Positions 26,401-37,400 of a stretch of 64,000 nucleotides of DNA are shown here, in pieces. The notes below the pieces were generated by a model. It saw only the letters and a program-made list of their open reading frames with translations. It ran no database searches and was not told where the DNA came from. Positions within the stretch are counted from its first letter, which is position 1. Each line of letters starts with the position of its first letter. The stretch is taken from contig NC_073396.1 of assembly GCF_028641065.1 (NCBI RefSeq), positions 10,602,001 to 10,666,000 of the forward strand, written 5' to 3'. Made by a program: the position numbers and the translations under genes. This DNA comes from Leucoraja erinacea (Eukaryota).

Positions 26401-29400
26401 ATGTTTCCACTAGTGGGAGAGTCTAGGACCAGTGGCCACAGCCTCGGAATTAAAAAACATTCCTTTAGGAAGGAGATGAGTAGGAATTTCTTAAGTCAGA
26501 GGGTGGTGAACTGTGGAATTCATTGCCACAGACAGCTGTGGAGGTCAAGTCAATGGACATTTTTCAGGAGGAGATTGATAGATTCTTGATTGATACGGAT
26601 GTCAGAGGTAATGGGGAGCAGGCAGGAGAATGTGTTTGAGAGGGAAAGATAGTTAGAGCCATAGTGTGATACAGTGTGGAAACAGGCCCTTCGGCCCAGC
26701 ATGTCCCATCTGCACTAGTCCCACCTGCCCATGTTTGATCCATATCCCTCCGAACCTGTCCTATCCATGTACCGGTCTAACTGTTTCTTAAATGTTGCGA
26801 TAGTCCCCGCCTCAACTACCTCCTCTGGCAGCTTGTTCCATACACCTACCACCCCTTGTGTGAAAAACATACCCCTCAGATTCCTATTAAATCTTTTGCC
26901 ATTCACCTTAAATTTATGTCCTCTGCTCCCCGATTCACTTACTCTGGGCAAAAGACTCAACCATATCTATTCAAATCATGATTTTATACACCTCTATTAG
27001 ATCATCCCTCATCCTCCTGTGTTCCATGAAATAGAGTCCCAGCCTACTCAACCGCTCCCTATAGCTCTGGCCCTCTAGTGCTGGCAACATCCTCGTAAAT
27101 CTTCACTGTACCCTTTCCAGTTTGATGACATCTTTCCTATAACATGGTGCCCAGAACTGAATACAATACTCTGAATACGGCCTCACCACCTTCTTATGCA
27201 ACTGCAACATGACCTCCCAACCTCTATACTCAGCCTGACCCGCTGTGTTACTCCAGCACTCTGTGAAACTTCACATGGCAAGATTGGCAAGTTTGCTGAT
27301 GATACAGATGTGAGTGGTTTTGCATATAGTGAAGATGGTTGTGAAAGATTGCAGCAGGATCTGGATGAATTAGCCAGGTGGGCAGAGGAATGGTTGATGG
27401 TTGCATGGTTCCTTGAAGGTCGTGTCGCAGGTATATCAGGTGGTGAAAACGTATTTTGGCACTTTGGCCTTCATCAATCAGAGTATTGAGTATAGAAGTT
27501 GTGAGGTCATGTTGCAGTTGTATAAGACGTTGGTGTGACTGCATTTAGAATATTGTGTTCAGTTCTGGGCACCATGTTGTAGGAAAGATGTCAAATTGAA
27601 AAGAGTACAGAGATCCCCATCCTGGATCAGTCCAATCAGGGTTGTGTCGTCCGTAAACTTGAGAAGCTTGACAGAGGTGTCTGTGGAGGTGCAGTCATTG
27701 GTGTGGCGAGAGTAGAGGAGAGGGGAGAGTACGCATCTTGCGGTGCTCCTATGCTGAGCGTTTGCGGGTCCAAGATGTGCTTTCCCGTCTCACATGCTGC
27801 TTCCTGTCAGTCTGAAAGCTGGTGATCCACCGATTGAGGGGTTCAGGCACAGTCAACTCAGAAAGTTTGGAGCGTAGTAGCTCTCGCACAATGGTGATGA
27901 ATGCAGAGCTAAAATTAAGAAACAAAATCCTCGCATAGGTCCCCTGGCGGTCTAGGTGCTGGAGGATGAAGTGTAGGCCCAGATTGACTGCATCATCCAC
28001 AGATCTATTGGCCCAATATACAAAATGCAGAGGGTCCAGCAGAGGGATTGTGATATTTTTCAGCTTGGCCAGCACAAGCCTTTCAACGGTCTCCATGACT
28101 ACAGAGGTCAGTGCGACAAGCCTGTAGTCATTAAGACCAGTAATCCTTACCTTTTTGGGTACAGGGGCAATAGTGGAGACTTTGAAGCAGGCAGGGTTGA
28201 TGCATCTTTGCAGGTACTGGTTAAAAATGAGTAATTGGGAGTGAAGTGTTAGTTGGGATCGGAAAGGGTCCACTCTTTTCATTACTGGAGTCTTGCCAGG
28301 TGTGAGGTGGTGAATGGGAAGGAGAGGGTGCAGGGTCCATTCTTTGCAGGCTGTGTTTGGTGGCTAGGGGGTACCAGGGTTACGTTTCTGATTTTCAAAC
28401 CTGCAGTAAAACTCATTCAGGTAGTTCGTCAGCTGACGATTGTCCAAAGAGCGGGGGACTTTCCTCTTATAGCTGGTGATTTCTTGTATGCCCTTCCAAA
28501 CTGAAGAAGAGTCACTAGCTGAGAACCTGCTCCTCAACTTCTCAGAGTACCTTTCCTTGGCAGCTCCGATTCCTTTTCTCAGCTCTTTATCGATTAGTCT
28601 ATATATTAACTATTTAACAATTAGGCTATTGGCTTGACGCATATTTGCCCCCCCTCCCCCCCCCCCCCCATATGGAGGAGACAATATAATAGCTCTAAAA
28701 CCTACCTTAATTTTGCAATCTCACTAAAGATATTCCCCTTTCCCTCTTCCCTCCTCCATTTCTCTCTCCCCTCCCTTCCCCTCTCTCTCGCCCCCTCCCA
28801 CGTCCCCCCCCCTCTTTCTCACCCCCGGGGGACGAAGATGAAGGTGGCGTGGGCCCAGTGGGGGTCAGCGGGGATGGTGTGGGCCCAGTGGGGGGTTAGC
28901 GGGGGGGTGGTGTGTGCCCAGTGGGGATCATCGGGGGTGGCTTAGGCCCAGTGGGGTTGGCGTGGGCCCAGCGGGGGTGGCGTGGGCCCAGCGGGGGTCA
29001 GCGGGGGTAGCGGGGGTCAGCAGGGGTCAGCGGGGGTGGCGTGGGCCCAGCGAGCGTGGCGTGGGCCCAGCGGGGGGCAGCCGGGGTGGCGTGGGGGAAG
29101 ATGGCTTGGGCCCCGGCGGCAGGGGGAGGCGAGGGGAGCGGGCCCCGCCGCAGCGGCGCTGGTGTTGGGGTTACAACCACTGGGTTCAGATTCAGCCACT
29201 CCCGCCCGGCGATAGGAGGATGGAGACGCTGGACCGAGCAGGCGGGCAGACACCACACCCCCCCCTTGGGATTTTTTCTTGCTCTGTAGGGGAAAAAAGG
29301 GGGTGGGGTCGCACCCAACGCACCCCCCCCCCCCCCCATTTCGAACAGCCATGGTGAAGCAGTCAACCAAGCCTTTCGTGCTATCACAATCAAACGAATA

Positions 29401-31822
29401 GATGAGCTTGGAGACGAGAGAAACAGAATCATAATAACAAATTAAGCTTCTTTAGATAATCTGTGCTAAATACTGCTGTTATTTTGTGAAGAATCTCCTT
29501 TGCTTGCAGCCTAAAAGTGAGAAGAGTGTTTCCACGTCTAAAAATACCGCACAACACAATCATACGTCTGATTTTTTTTTTACCCACTCGCTCCTAATCT
29601 CCCAAGACTTGCCAAGAATTCTAGATCCCCATTGAATTGTAATCTTTAGCCTCAATACCATTCCATTTCTATTACCTACTCCATCAAGCAACCCTGAGAG
29701 ATCTGTTCCCTCTCTATGGCATCCTACTCTCAGTTCAGTTTAGTTTTATTGTCACGTGTACAGTGTCATAGGTACAGTGGAAAGCTTTCTGCAGGCTAAC
29801 CAGTCAGCAGAAAAACAACACATGATTACAATCGAGCCATTCACAGTGCACAGATACATGATAAGGGAATAACGTTTAGTGCAAGATAAAGTCAGTAAAG
29901 TCCAATCAAAGATAGTCTGAGGGTCACCAAGATAGTAGAACAGGACTCCTCTCTAGTTGTGGTAGGATGCTGGGGAGAAGCTGTTATCTCCAATTCTATG
30001 CCATCTCCCTGATTTTTGTTTTCCTATGGGCAGAGTTAATGCAATTTGCTAAACAATCTAATGGGTACACAGATATTGAACTTTTATTGGAGAGCAAAAA
30101 AACATTGGAAGCAGAGAAGATAGCCACAAAAATAAGAAGGAAGCTGCACAGAGAGCTTGGATTTTACTATGGAGAAAACAAAACACGTGGAACTAACAGA
30201 TATTGTCGAAAAGTTGGTAGACGTGTTGGATGGACATTAGTCATGGACATTTAGGAATTGTTTGCATTCTATGACCAGCCTTGTAAACTATTCTTAGATA
30301 ATCTGTCTCTATGTTGGTATCCTTTGAACACGGTCCTAGGTGTCAGTTATAATCAGTGCAATTTGGACAGCAAACACATACACAGTAATGCGTTTCTGAG
30401 AAACATGTCTAAGGAGAACATATTTCTTATTTAAATTATGAAAGTGCAATACAATCAATTAAATGCTTCTTAGTCACTGCTTTGTAGTGTAAAGGTGAAG
30501 AATTACCAGGTCCACCCCAGGTTAAGAGAGGGTTTTGTTTTAGTAATTAGAATCCTCACACAACCGAAAATGCCTACAGATCCACAGCAGCCAAGAAATC
30601 CATACTGCCAGTGTATTGGTTGTACATAAGATGAGTGTTTGTAAACCTGGGAGTGCCTGTTCCCAAAACATTAACTCCATATTGTCTTGCCAAACTGTTG
30701 CTGCCTGAACTGTTGAATGTTATCTAGTACCTTTTGTTTTAATTTAACCTTCTACGATATTAATAACTACAGACATCACTCACTGGCACCATTAGAGTCA
30801 TGATCTGTCAATTATTGAAGACACACCAGGTAATGAGTGAGGCTTCACCTTGCCCATGAATGCAGAGCAGATTTGAAAATTAAACTTAGGCTTTAAGTTT
30901 AGGTTTATTATTGTCAGAGGTACAAAGGTACAGTGAAAAGCTTTATTTTGTATGCTATCCAATCAGATAATATTATACATGAATAGAATCGTCAAACTCA
31001 AGTACAACAGAGAGAACAAAGTGCAAACTTAAAAAATGGCAGAAAATTGGTATTTTATTAAATGCATAATCTTAAAGTTTACCTTTGTGATCTTCAGGCT
31101 CATTTTTACTTAGTTCGCTCATACCATTTCTTGTTGCGATGTTTACATTTGTCACAACATGCTTCAGCCTTACATGCAGTGCAACAGAACCTTCTCCTGG
31201 AATATTCCATCTACTAATGGTTCCTAGCAGTTGAGCTGCAGAATCAAAATGGCAAAATCACCTTTAAATTCAACAAGAATTATAACTGGATATAAGTTAT
31301 TGTGTGCAGCTTGCACCTGAGAGTAAGCTTTGATTTCCTCTTCCGTATTAGTTTATTCCAAGTTTAGCAATTTCAAAATTAACAATTTTTTTTTTTTAAT
31401 TATCTTTCTACATCCTTCTTTCTATCGGTGCAAGAAGTAATATACACAAAATATGTTTATTTTTTTTTAATGGATTAATGACATCTCATAACTGTTCAGG
31501 GTGGAAATATCTGGGCCATTCCACCCCACCATCTCTGTACTTCACTCTACATTAACAATCCTACAAGGTCTCAGTACCAGCATTAGTTTACAGCCAAGGG
31601 ATAACTGACAGGGTGACAACCCTGGCCACACCATAGACAGGACCTGTCATTCGACTTACCGTTTAAAATAACAGTTCCTATTATTCCATTCAAATTAAGT
31701 TGATCTGTTGAATTTGCTAAAGAGGTAGTCGCCTTCTCCAGTGCGGAAACAAGATTTGCGATGTTCTGTTCATCTGCCAAAACTGAACTTAGTAGTGTAA
31801 TTGCGATCAGAACAGATTTCAT
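11367..31822 (-). CDS. C16orf89: C16orf89/UPF0764-like secreted protein, 7 coding exons, 307 aa
   Basis: Exons 31660-31822, 31083-31235, 23583-23733, 21222-21339, 19269-19422, 15089-15190, 11367-11449; all GT-AG, phases consistent, 924 nt. Motifs [51 protein letters not shown] and CSKHQT..AAL.GFL match the recalled human C16orf89 pattern; syntenic head-to-head with ALG1. Confidence 0.88.
12240..12550 (+). mobile_element. HE1/V-SINE-like SINE
   Basis: tRNA-like head, V-core, CR1-like 3' end GGGCCGAAGGGCCTGTTTCCATGCT and (CTAAA)n tail. Confidence 0.75.
13882..14656. mobile_element. Tigger/pogo-like non-autonomous DNA transposon with GC-rich interior
   Basis: TA|CAGTAAGCTCTCGTTATAA ... TTATAAAGAG...TTTACTG|TA. 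Confidence 0.6.
15089..15190 (-). CDS. C16orf89: C16orf89-like exon 6 ([34 protein letters not shown])
   Basis: AG/GT boundaries; most conserved block of the family. Confidence 0.92.
17490..18089 (+). mobile_element. CR1 LINE fragments (3' end and degenerate RT)
   Basis: [19 protein letters not shown] remnant; WNKLPEEV-type CR1 C-terminus. Confidence 0.7.
18090..18659 (+). mobile_element. 5'-truncated Penelope-like element (GIY-YIG remnant plus pLTR-like 3' end) with 17-bp TSD
   Basis: NLIYC..C..C.LLYIG..DRFA GIY-YIG-like remnant; TSD AAATATTTAGAGGGGAT at 18073-18089 and 18660-18676. Confidence 0.75.
19269..19422 (-). CDS. C16orf89: C16orf89-like exon 5
   Basis: MCCSNVQ...LCMKMMEVN...RNIFLEN; AG/GT boundaries. 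Confidence 0.88.
19883..20628 (-). mobile_element. Non-autonomous Helitron, 746 bp
   Basis: On the minus strand: A|TCATTTAGTTATTAAAAGACTGATCTTG ... CAGACCTAATGGGTCTG hairpin-CACTTGGTCTAG|T; ends resemble the 4303-6327 element. Confidence 0.78.
21222..21339 (-). CDS. C16orf89: C16orf89-like exon 4
   Basis: [39 protein letters not shown]; AG/GT boundaries. Confidence 0.85.
23583..23733 (-). CDS. C16orf89: C16orf89-like exon 3
   Basis: [19 protein letters not shown]...[10 protein letters not shown]; AG/GT boundaries. Confidence 0.82.
25615..27610. mobile_element. Cluster of CR1 LINE fragments in both orientations plus tandem Penelope-type fragments
   Basis: [30 protein letters not shown] and KFADDT motifs; ~65-bp tandem copies at 26000-26190. 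Confidence 0.75.
27615..28225 (-). mobile_element. Rex1/Babar LINE RT fragment
   Basis: [57 protein letters not shown]. Confidence 0.85.
28640..29345. repeat. GC-rich, G-run-rich insert with GGCGTGGGCCCAGCGGGGGT-type tandem repeats
   Basis: Direct reading; sharp GC contrast with the AT-rich intron. Confidence 0.7.
31083..31235 (-). CDS. C16orf89: C16orf89-like exon 2
   Basis: [10 protein letters not shown]...[12 protein letters not shown]; phase 1-1, AG/GT boundaries. Confidence 0.82.
31660..31822 (-). CDS. C16orf89: C16orf89-like exon 1 (signal peptide)
   Basis: [16 protein letters not shown] signal-like N-terminus; [18 protein letters not shown]; donor GTAAGT. Confidence 0.88.
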
Positions 31823-33438
31823 GCTTACTCGTCTCTCCCGCAGTTTGCCCATCAACTGCTTGTGGCGCTTCTTATGGAACTGTCTTTCACACGTGACTTA
31901 TTCCCTGCAATCACTGCTACAAGGCTGGTTCTTCTACAGAAGTTTTATTTACATTCATGCAGAGTCATGCAGCGTGGAAACAGGCCCTTCGGCCCAACTA
32001 ACTATTGCAAATGTTACTCCATTGCTCAAGCAGGGAGGGAGACAAAAGAGGGGAAACTATTGGCTAGTTAGCCTGACTTCAGTTGTAGGTAAGATTTTAG
32101 AGTCCATTATTAAGGATGAGGTTTACTTAAAAGCATTCAGCGGGTCAGGCAGCATCTCCACTGACCCCAAACGACGACTATACATGTGTACAAAGTACGC
32201 AAAAAGTTGCCACGTTTCTGGCGCCGATGAAGTTACAAAAGTACTCTTTGTTCTCAGTGGCGCCAGGTTCCTCATTCTTCTCGGCAGCCCCTCCCCCACT
32301 GTCCCTCATTGGTCAACATTTGACCATTGTGGGCTCTACCTTTCCTTGATCTCTTGTTTCCCTTTCCCCTGACAGTCTGAGGAAGAGTCTCAACCCAAAA
32401 CATCAACTATTCCTTTTCTCCAGAAATGCAGCCATCTACCCTCTTTCATTTTGGCGGCCCTCACCACTGGGTCCCTCTTTGTTCTCATCGGCACACCCCC
32501 ATAGCCTCCCTGCAAATCTTTCTTTACCCAACAGCAAAACTAGTTCCAATAGTTTGTACTTTAAAGTCTTTGGCATGGTCTGTTCCAAGAGCATGCCATT
32601 CACTTTGTAACTCATTTTCACCTAGCCCACAGTTAACAATGGCCTGCTTCCTTTGTCATTCATACTTTTTTTGCATATCTTTCATTAATGTTTTTTATAT
32701 CTCCGTCTTTATCTCTTGTTTCCCCGTCCCCTGACTCTGTCTGAAGATGGGTCTCACCAAGAGAGTTGTGAATCTGAGTAAGGCAGTGGAGGCCAATTCA
32801 ATGGATGTTTTTAAGTCAGTTAGCTGACTTGGGATATAGGGAAAAAGCAGGAACGGGGTACTGATTTTATCTGATAGGCCATGTTCATATTAAATGGCGG
32901 TGCTGGCTCAAAGGGCTGAATGGCCTACTCCTGCGCCTATTTTTCTATGACCAAAAACGTCACCTATTACTTTTCTCCAGAGATGCTGTCTGACCCGCTG
33001 AGTTACTCCAGCTTGTTCTGTCTACAGTTTAAATCAGCAGCTGCAGTTCCTTCCTACATTCACTTTGATAAGGCCATTTTCCCTTTTGCAATGAGTAACA
33101 GCAGTGTTGTTTTCTTTCAACCAAAAACCTGAACAGATTGTAAGGTATAGGACCCTAAAAACTAACGTTCAGGAACAGCCTCTTCCCTAAAGCCATTAAA
33201 CTATTCAATACTACAACCTTCAATTGAGCTCTGAACTACATGGACTATAATTGTTATTATTGCACTATTTGTGCTTGTTTGTTTTTTGTGCATGTCTGTG
33301 TATATATATGTGAGTATGTGTGTGTGTGTGTGTATATATTAAATGTTATTGTGTATTGTGTGTTCTTTTTTGATTGTACTGCTGCTGACAAGTTAATTTC
33401 ACTGCACTTTATTGTGTATGTGATGAATAAAAACTGAT

Positions 33439-33737
33439 TAACCATATAACAATTACAGCACGGAAACAGGCCATCTCGGCCCTACAAGTCCGTGCCGAAC
33501 AATTATTTTCCCTTAGTCCCACCTGCCTGCACTCATACCATAACCCTCCATTCCCTTCTCATCCATATGCCTATCCAATTTATTTTTAAATGATACCAAC
33601 GAACCTGCCTCCACCACTTCCACTGGAAGCTCATTCCACACAGCTACCACTCTCTTGAGTAAAGAAGTCCCCCCTCATGTTACCCCTAAACTTCTGTCCC
33701 TTAATTCTGAAGTCATGTCCTCTTGTTTGAAAAAAAA
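33439..33737 (-). mobile_element. Young 5'-truncated CR1 3' end, specific to copy B
   Basis: CCATATAACAATTACAGCACGGAAACAGGCC tail; absent from copy A at ~3056. Confidence 0.75.
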
Positions 33738-33851
33738 ATTGATATGTATATACACACACTGAACTTTTTATCTCGTTTATTATATTGTTTACAGTTCCTA
33801 TATATTATGTTTGCATATTCTGTTGTGCAAGTAAGAATTTCATTGGTCTGT

Positions 33852-33946
33852 ATGGGACATATGACAATACAACACTCTTAACCAAAGATCTTATAGCTTC
33901 GCTATAAGATCTTTGGTTAAGAGTGTTGTATTGTCATATGTCCCAT
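33852..33946. repeat. Perfect 46-bp inverted repeat with a 3-nt loop upstream of ALG1
   Basis: 33852-33897 is the exact reverse complement of 33901-33946. Confidence 0.95.
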
Positions 33947-33984
33947 GTCATATGTCCCCTTCGCTATAAGATCTTTGCTCTTAA

Positions 33985-34440
33985 CCTTCAGCGCGCATGT
34001 TCCTGGTTCAGCAGCAGCAGCACAGAGGCTTTGCAGTGAATGCAGGAATGCAGGGTCCGGGGTTCCACTATGGGGCCCCGGCTGCGCAGACTATGCGCCC
34101 GCTCGCGGGCTTCGCACTGCAGCCACGTCGCTGCTGCTCCTCCTGCCGTTGCCGTCATGGCGGCCTTGTGGTTTCTATCCACTTTATTCCTGGCGGTTTC
34201 CCTCTGCAGTCTTTACCTCGCGGGTGCGAGCGTGGCTCTACTGCTGCTGCTGTTGTTGTTGTTGGTGCCGGTCGTGTGGAGTCGCCGGCGGCGAGGCCGA
34301 GGAGGCAGCCGTCGCTCCGTCTGTGTGCTGGTGATGGGCGACCTGGGCCGCAGCCCCCGCATGTTGTACCACACGCTGTCGCTGGCCCGGCACGGCTTCA
34401 GTGTCACTGCTGTCGGCTATCCCGGTGCGTTCAAGACCAA
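33985..34440. promoter_or_regulatory. CpG-rich ALG1 promoter/first exon; likely shared region with head-to-head C16orf89
   Basis: Local CpG enrichment; divergent ATGs 2.3 kb apart (31822 and 34157). Confidence 0.6.
34157..34424 (+). CDS. ALG1: ALG1 exon 1 (signal anchor with poly-Leu, GDLGRSPRM)
   Basis: Kozak-like GCCGTCATGG; donor G|GTGCG. Confidence 0.93.
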
Positions 34441-37400
34441 GGCTAAACTAGCCACCTTTTATGTCATAGTGTGATACAGCGTGTAAACAGGCCCTTCGGC
34501 CCATCTTGCCCACACCTGCCAAACATGTCCCAGCTTCACAAGTCCCACCTGCCCGCGTTTGGACCATATCCCATCCAAACCTGTCTAACTGCTTCTTAAA
34601 TGTTGGGATAGTCTCTGCCTCAACTACCTTATCTGGAAAGTACACAAAAAAGCTGGAGAAACTCAGCGGGTGCAGCAGCATCTATGGAGCGAAGGAAAAA
34701 GGCAACGTTTCGGGACAAAACCCTTCTTCAGACTGAAACGTTGCCTTTTTCCTTCGCTCCATAGATGCTGCTGCACCCGCTGAGTTTCTCCAGCTTTTTT
34801 GTGTACCTTTGATTTTCCAGCATCTGCAGTTTCTTCTTAAATACCTTATCTGGAAGCTTAGAATGTACCCCTCAGATCTGGAACACGTCTGGAATATACC
34901 CCTCAAATTCCTATTAAATCTTTTCCCCTTCACCTTAAACCTATGTCCTCAATTCACCTATTCTGGGTGAGATATTCTGTGCATCTACCTGATCTATTCC
35001 TCTCATGATTTTATACACCTCTCTATAAGATCACCCCTCCTCCTGCGCTCCAAAGAGTCCCAGCCTACTTAACCTCTCCCTGTAGCTCAGACCCTCTAGT
35101 CCTGGCAACATCCTCGTAACTCTTCTCTGTACCCTTTCCAGTTTGACAACATCTTTCCTATAACATGGTGCCCAGAACTGAACACTTTTTTTGTTTTTAA
35201 ATTTCAAAATAGACTTTATTCAGGTAGTAAATATATACAATACGTGAACCGTGTGAAAATTCATCTGACATTCTCGGAGGCTATACAAATTGTTCAATAC
35301 TGTGTTTATACATTTCTCAGATTTCATAAATCTGTCCCCCACCCGTTCCACTCATGTGCCCCCCTGGCATGGGATACCTTCCCTGAACACAATACACTAA
35401 ATGGGGCCTCACCAACATCTTAAGTGTGATGCCTTTTATAAGTGTGATGTCTCACCAAAGTGCTCCAATTAATTCTTACATATTTAACCGTATTTAAGTA
35501 AAGCCAATAACAATTAATCACAGACACAAAATACTGGAGTGACCTGGAGAAGACAGGCAACATCTCAGGTGAGAAGGAATGGGTGACGTTTCAGGCAGAG
35601 ACCCTTCTTCAGACCTAATCAAGGTCTTCCTTCCTAAACAATTAATCATACAATTAAATCACATATATTTGACTAAGTGAGGGAAACGTTTTGAGCAAAC
35701 CCAAGACCACTTTCTTTAATTTGAGGCACTTAATTACAAACATGATTGTAATAATGTATTTATTTTGAGTTATGATTATGCAAGGATCTAGCAGGGTTCC
35801 CCTAAGATTTCTCCAAAAATTCAGCATTTCTAACATATTTATGCTGCTGGCAGTGTATTCGAGCCAAAACCTAGACTTTTGATGCTTAAACCTCACACAT
35901 ATTGGATTGATTTGTTTCTCGTCTTTAGTAATTTGCACTGGATATGATATTTTGTATTTAGTTTGAACAAACAATGCTGTAGGGTTTGGTATATTTGTTT
36001 TTACACATCGTTGTTTGATACTAGGGGCACAGTGTGGCAGCTGGCAGAGCTGTTGCCTCACAGCACCAGATCCCTGGATGCTTCTGGTTTTCTCCCACAT
36101 TCAAAAGACATGTATGTTTTAAGGTTAATTGTCCTCTATGAAATTGCTGCTAATGTGTTGGAAGTGGATAAGATATTGGGATAGTAAGAACTAGAATGAA
36201 CAGAGTGATTGATGGTTGACATAGATTTGATGAGCTGTTTCTTTAAACTCTATCTCTAATGTTTGTTATTGAAATCTTATCATTTCCAGATTTTTTTCTA
36301 ACTGTTTGAATTATGTTTTTCAGGTGCAAAACCTCATAAAGATATTTTAAATAATGATAAGATCAAAATTGTCTACTTAACAGAAGTGAAGACAGCAACA
36401 AAATGTAAGTACTGCCATATTTGTTACACTAATTATATATGTTGGTTTAAATTGCCACATGTACTGAGATACAGTGAAATCCATGTCATGTGTGAATACA
36501 ATCAAACCATGCAGAGTAAAGGGTTACAGCTACAGAGAAAGAATAGAAGGGCTGCAATGAATTGGGGTAGCAGGTAGCAGGAAACTGTGGACTATTTGAT
36601 ATAACACTATTGTTGGAAAAATACAACAATCCATATTTTAAAAAGTAGTTGCAGGACATTTGGAAAATTGGAATACAAGTTTAGCTTATAAGAGGACCAT
36701 TCAGTAGTCTGATAACAGCAGTTTGTTATCCTGAATCTGGTGATACCCGTTTTCATGCTTTTGCATCTTCTGCCCAATGGGTGAAGGGAGAAGGGGAAAT
36801 GACTGGTGTACGAGTGGTCCTTGATTATGTTGGCTGCTTTCCTGAGGCTACGTGAAGTATACATAGAATCGATGGAGGAGAGGGTGATTTGCGTGATGGA
36901 CTGGACAGGATCCACAACTCTACAATTTCTGCAGATGTCAAACAATGATACATCCAATTGGATGTGTTCTATAATGCAGCTGCAGAAATTTATGAGTCAA
37001 TTGAGACATGGTGAATTTCCTTTGTCATATGAGGAAGTAGAGTCATTGGTGTGCTTTCTTGGCCATGATGTCAATGTGATTGTACCAGAACGTAAAGTTC
37101 ATGACCATCTTCACTTTAGCACTATTGATGCAGTTTGGGGCGTGATGGTACCGAAGTAGCGATGAGGTTGTAGAGGAAGTAGAGGTTGAAAGCTTCAAGT
37201 TCCTCGGAGTAAATATCACCGGCAACATGTCCTGGACATATCAACGCAATGACCAAGAAAGCATGCGTCTACTTCCTCAGATGGCAAAGAAAATTCAGCA
37301 TGTCTCAATTCTAAGACATTCAGAGCCATACAGCACTGAATCAGGCCCTTTGGTCCACCTTGTCCAGGCTGGTTGTAATGGACTAATCCCATTTGGCTCT

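Noticed and set aside
28914-29432. Overlapping Gly/Pro/Ala-rich ORFs
   Set aside because: By-product of GC-rich tandem repeats; no recognisable domain or splice context
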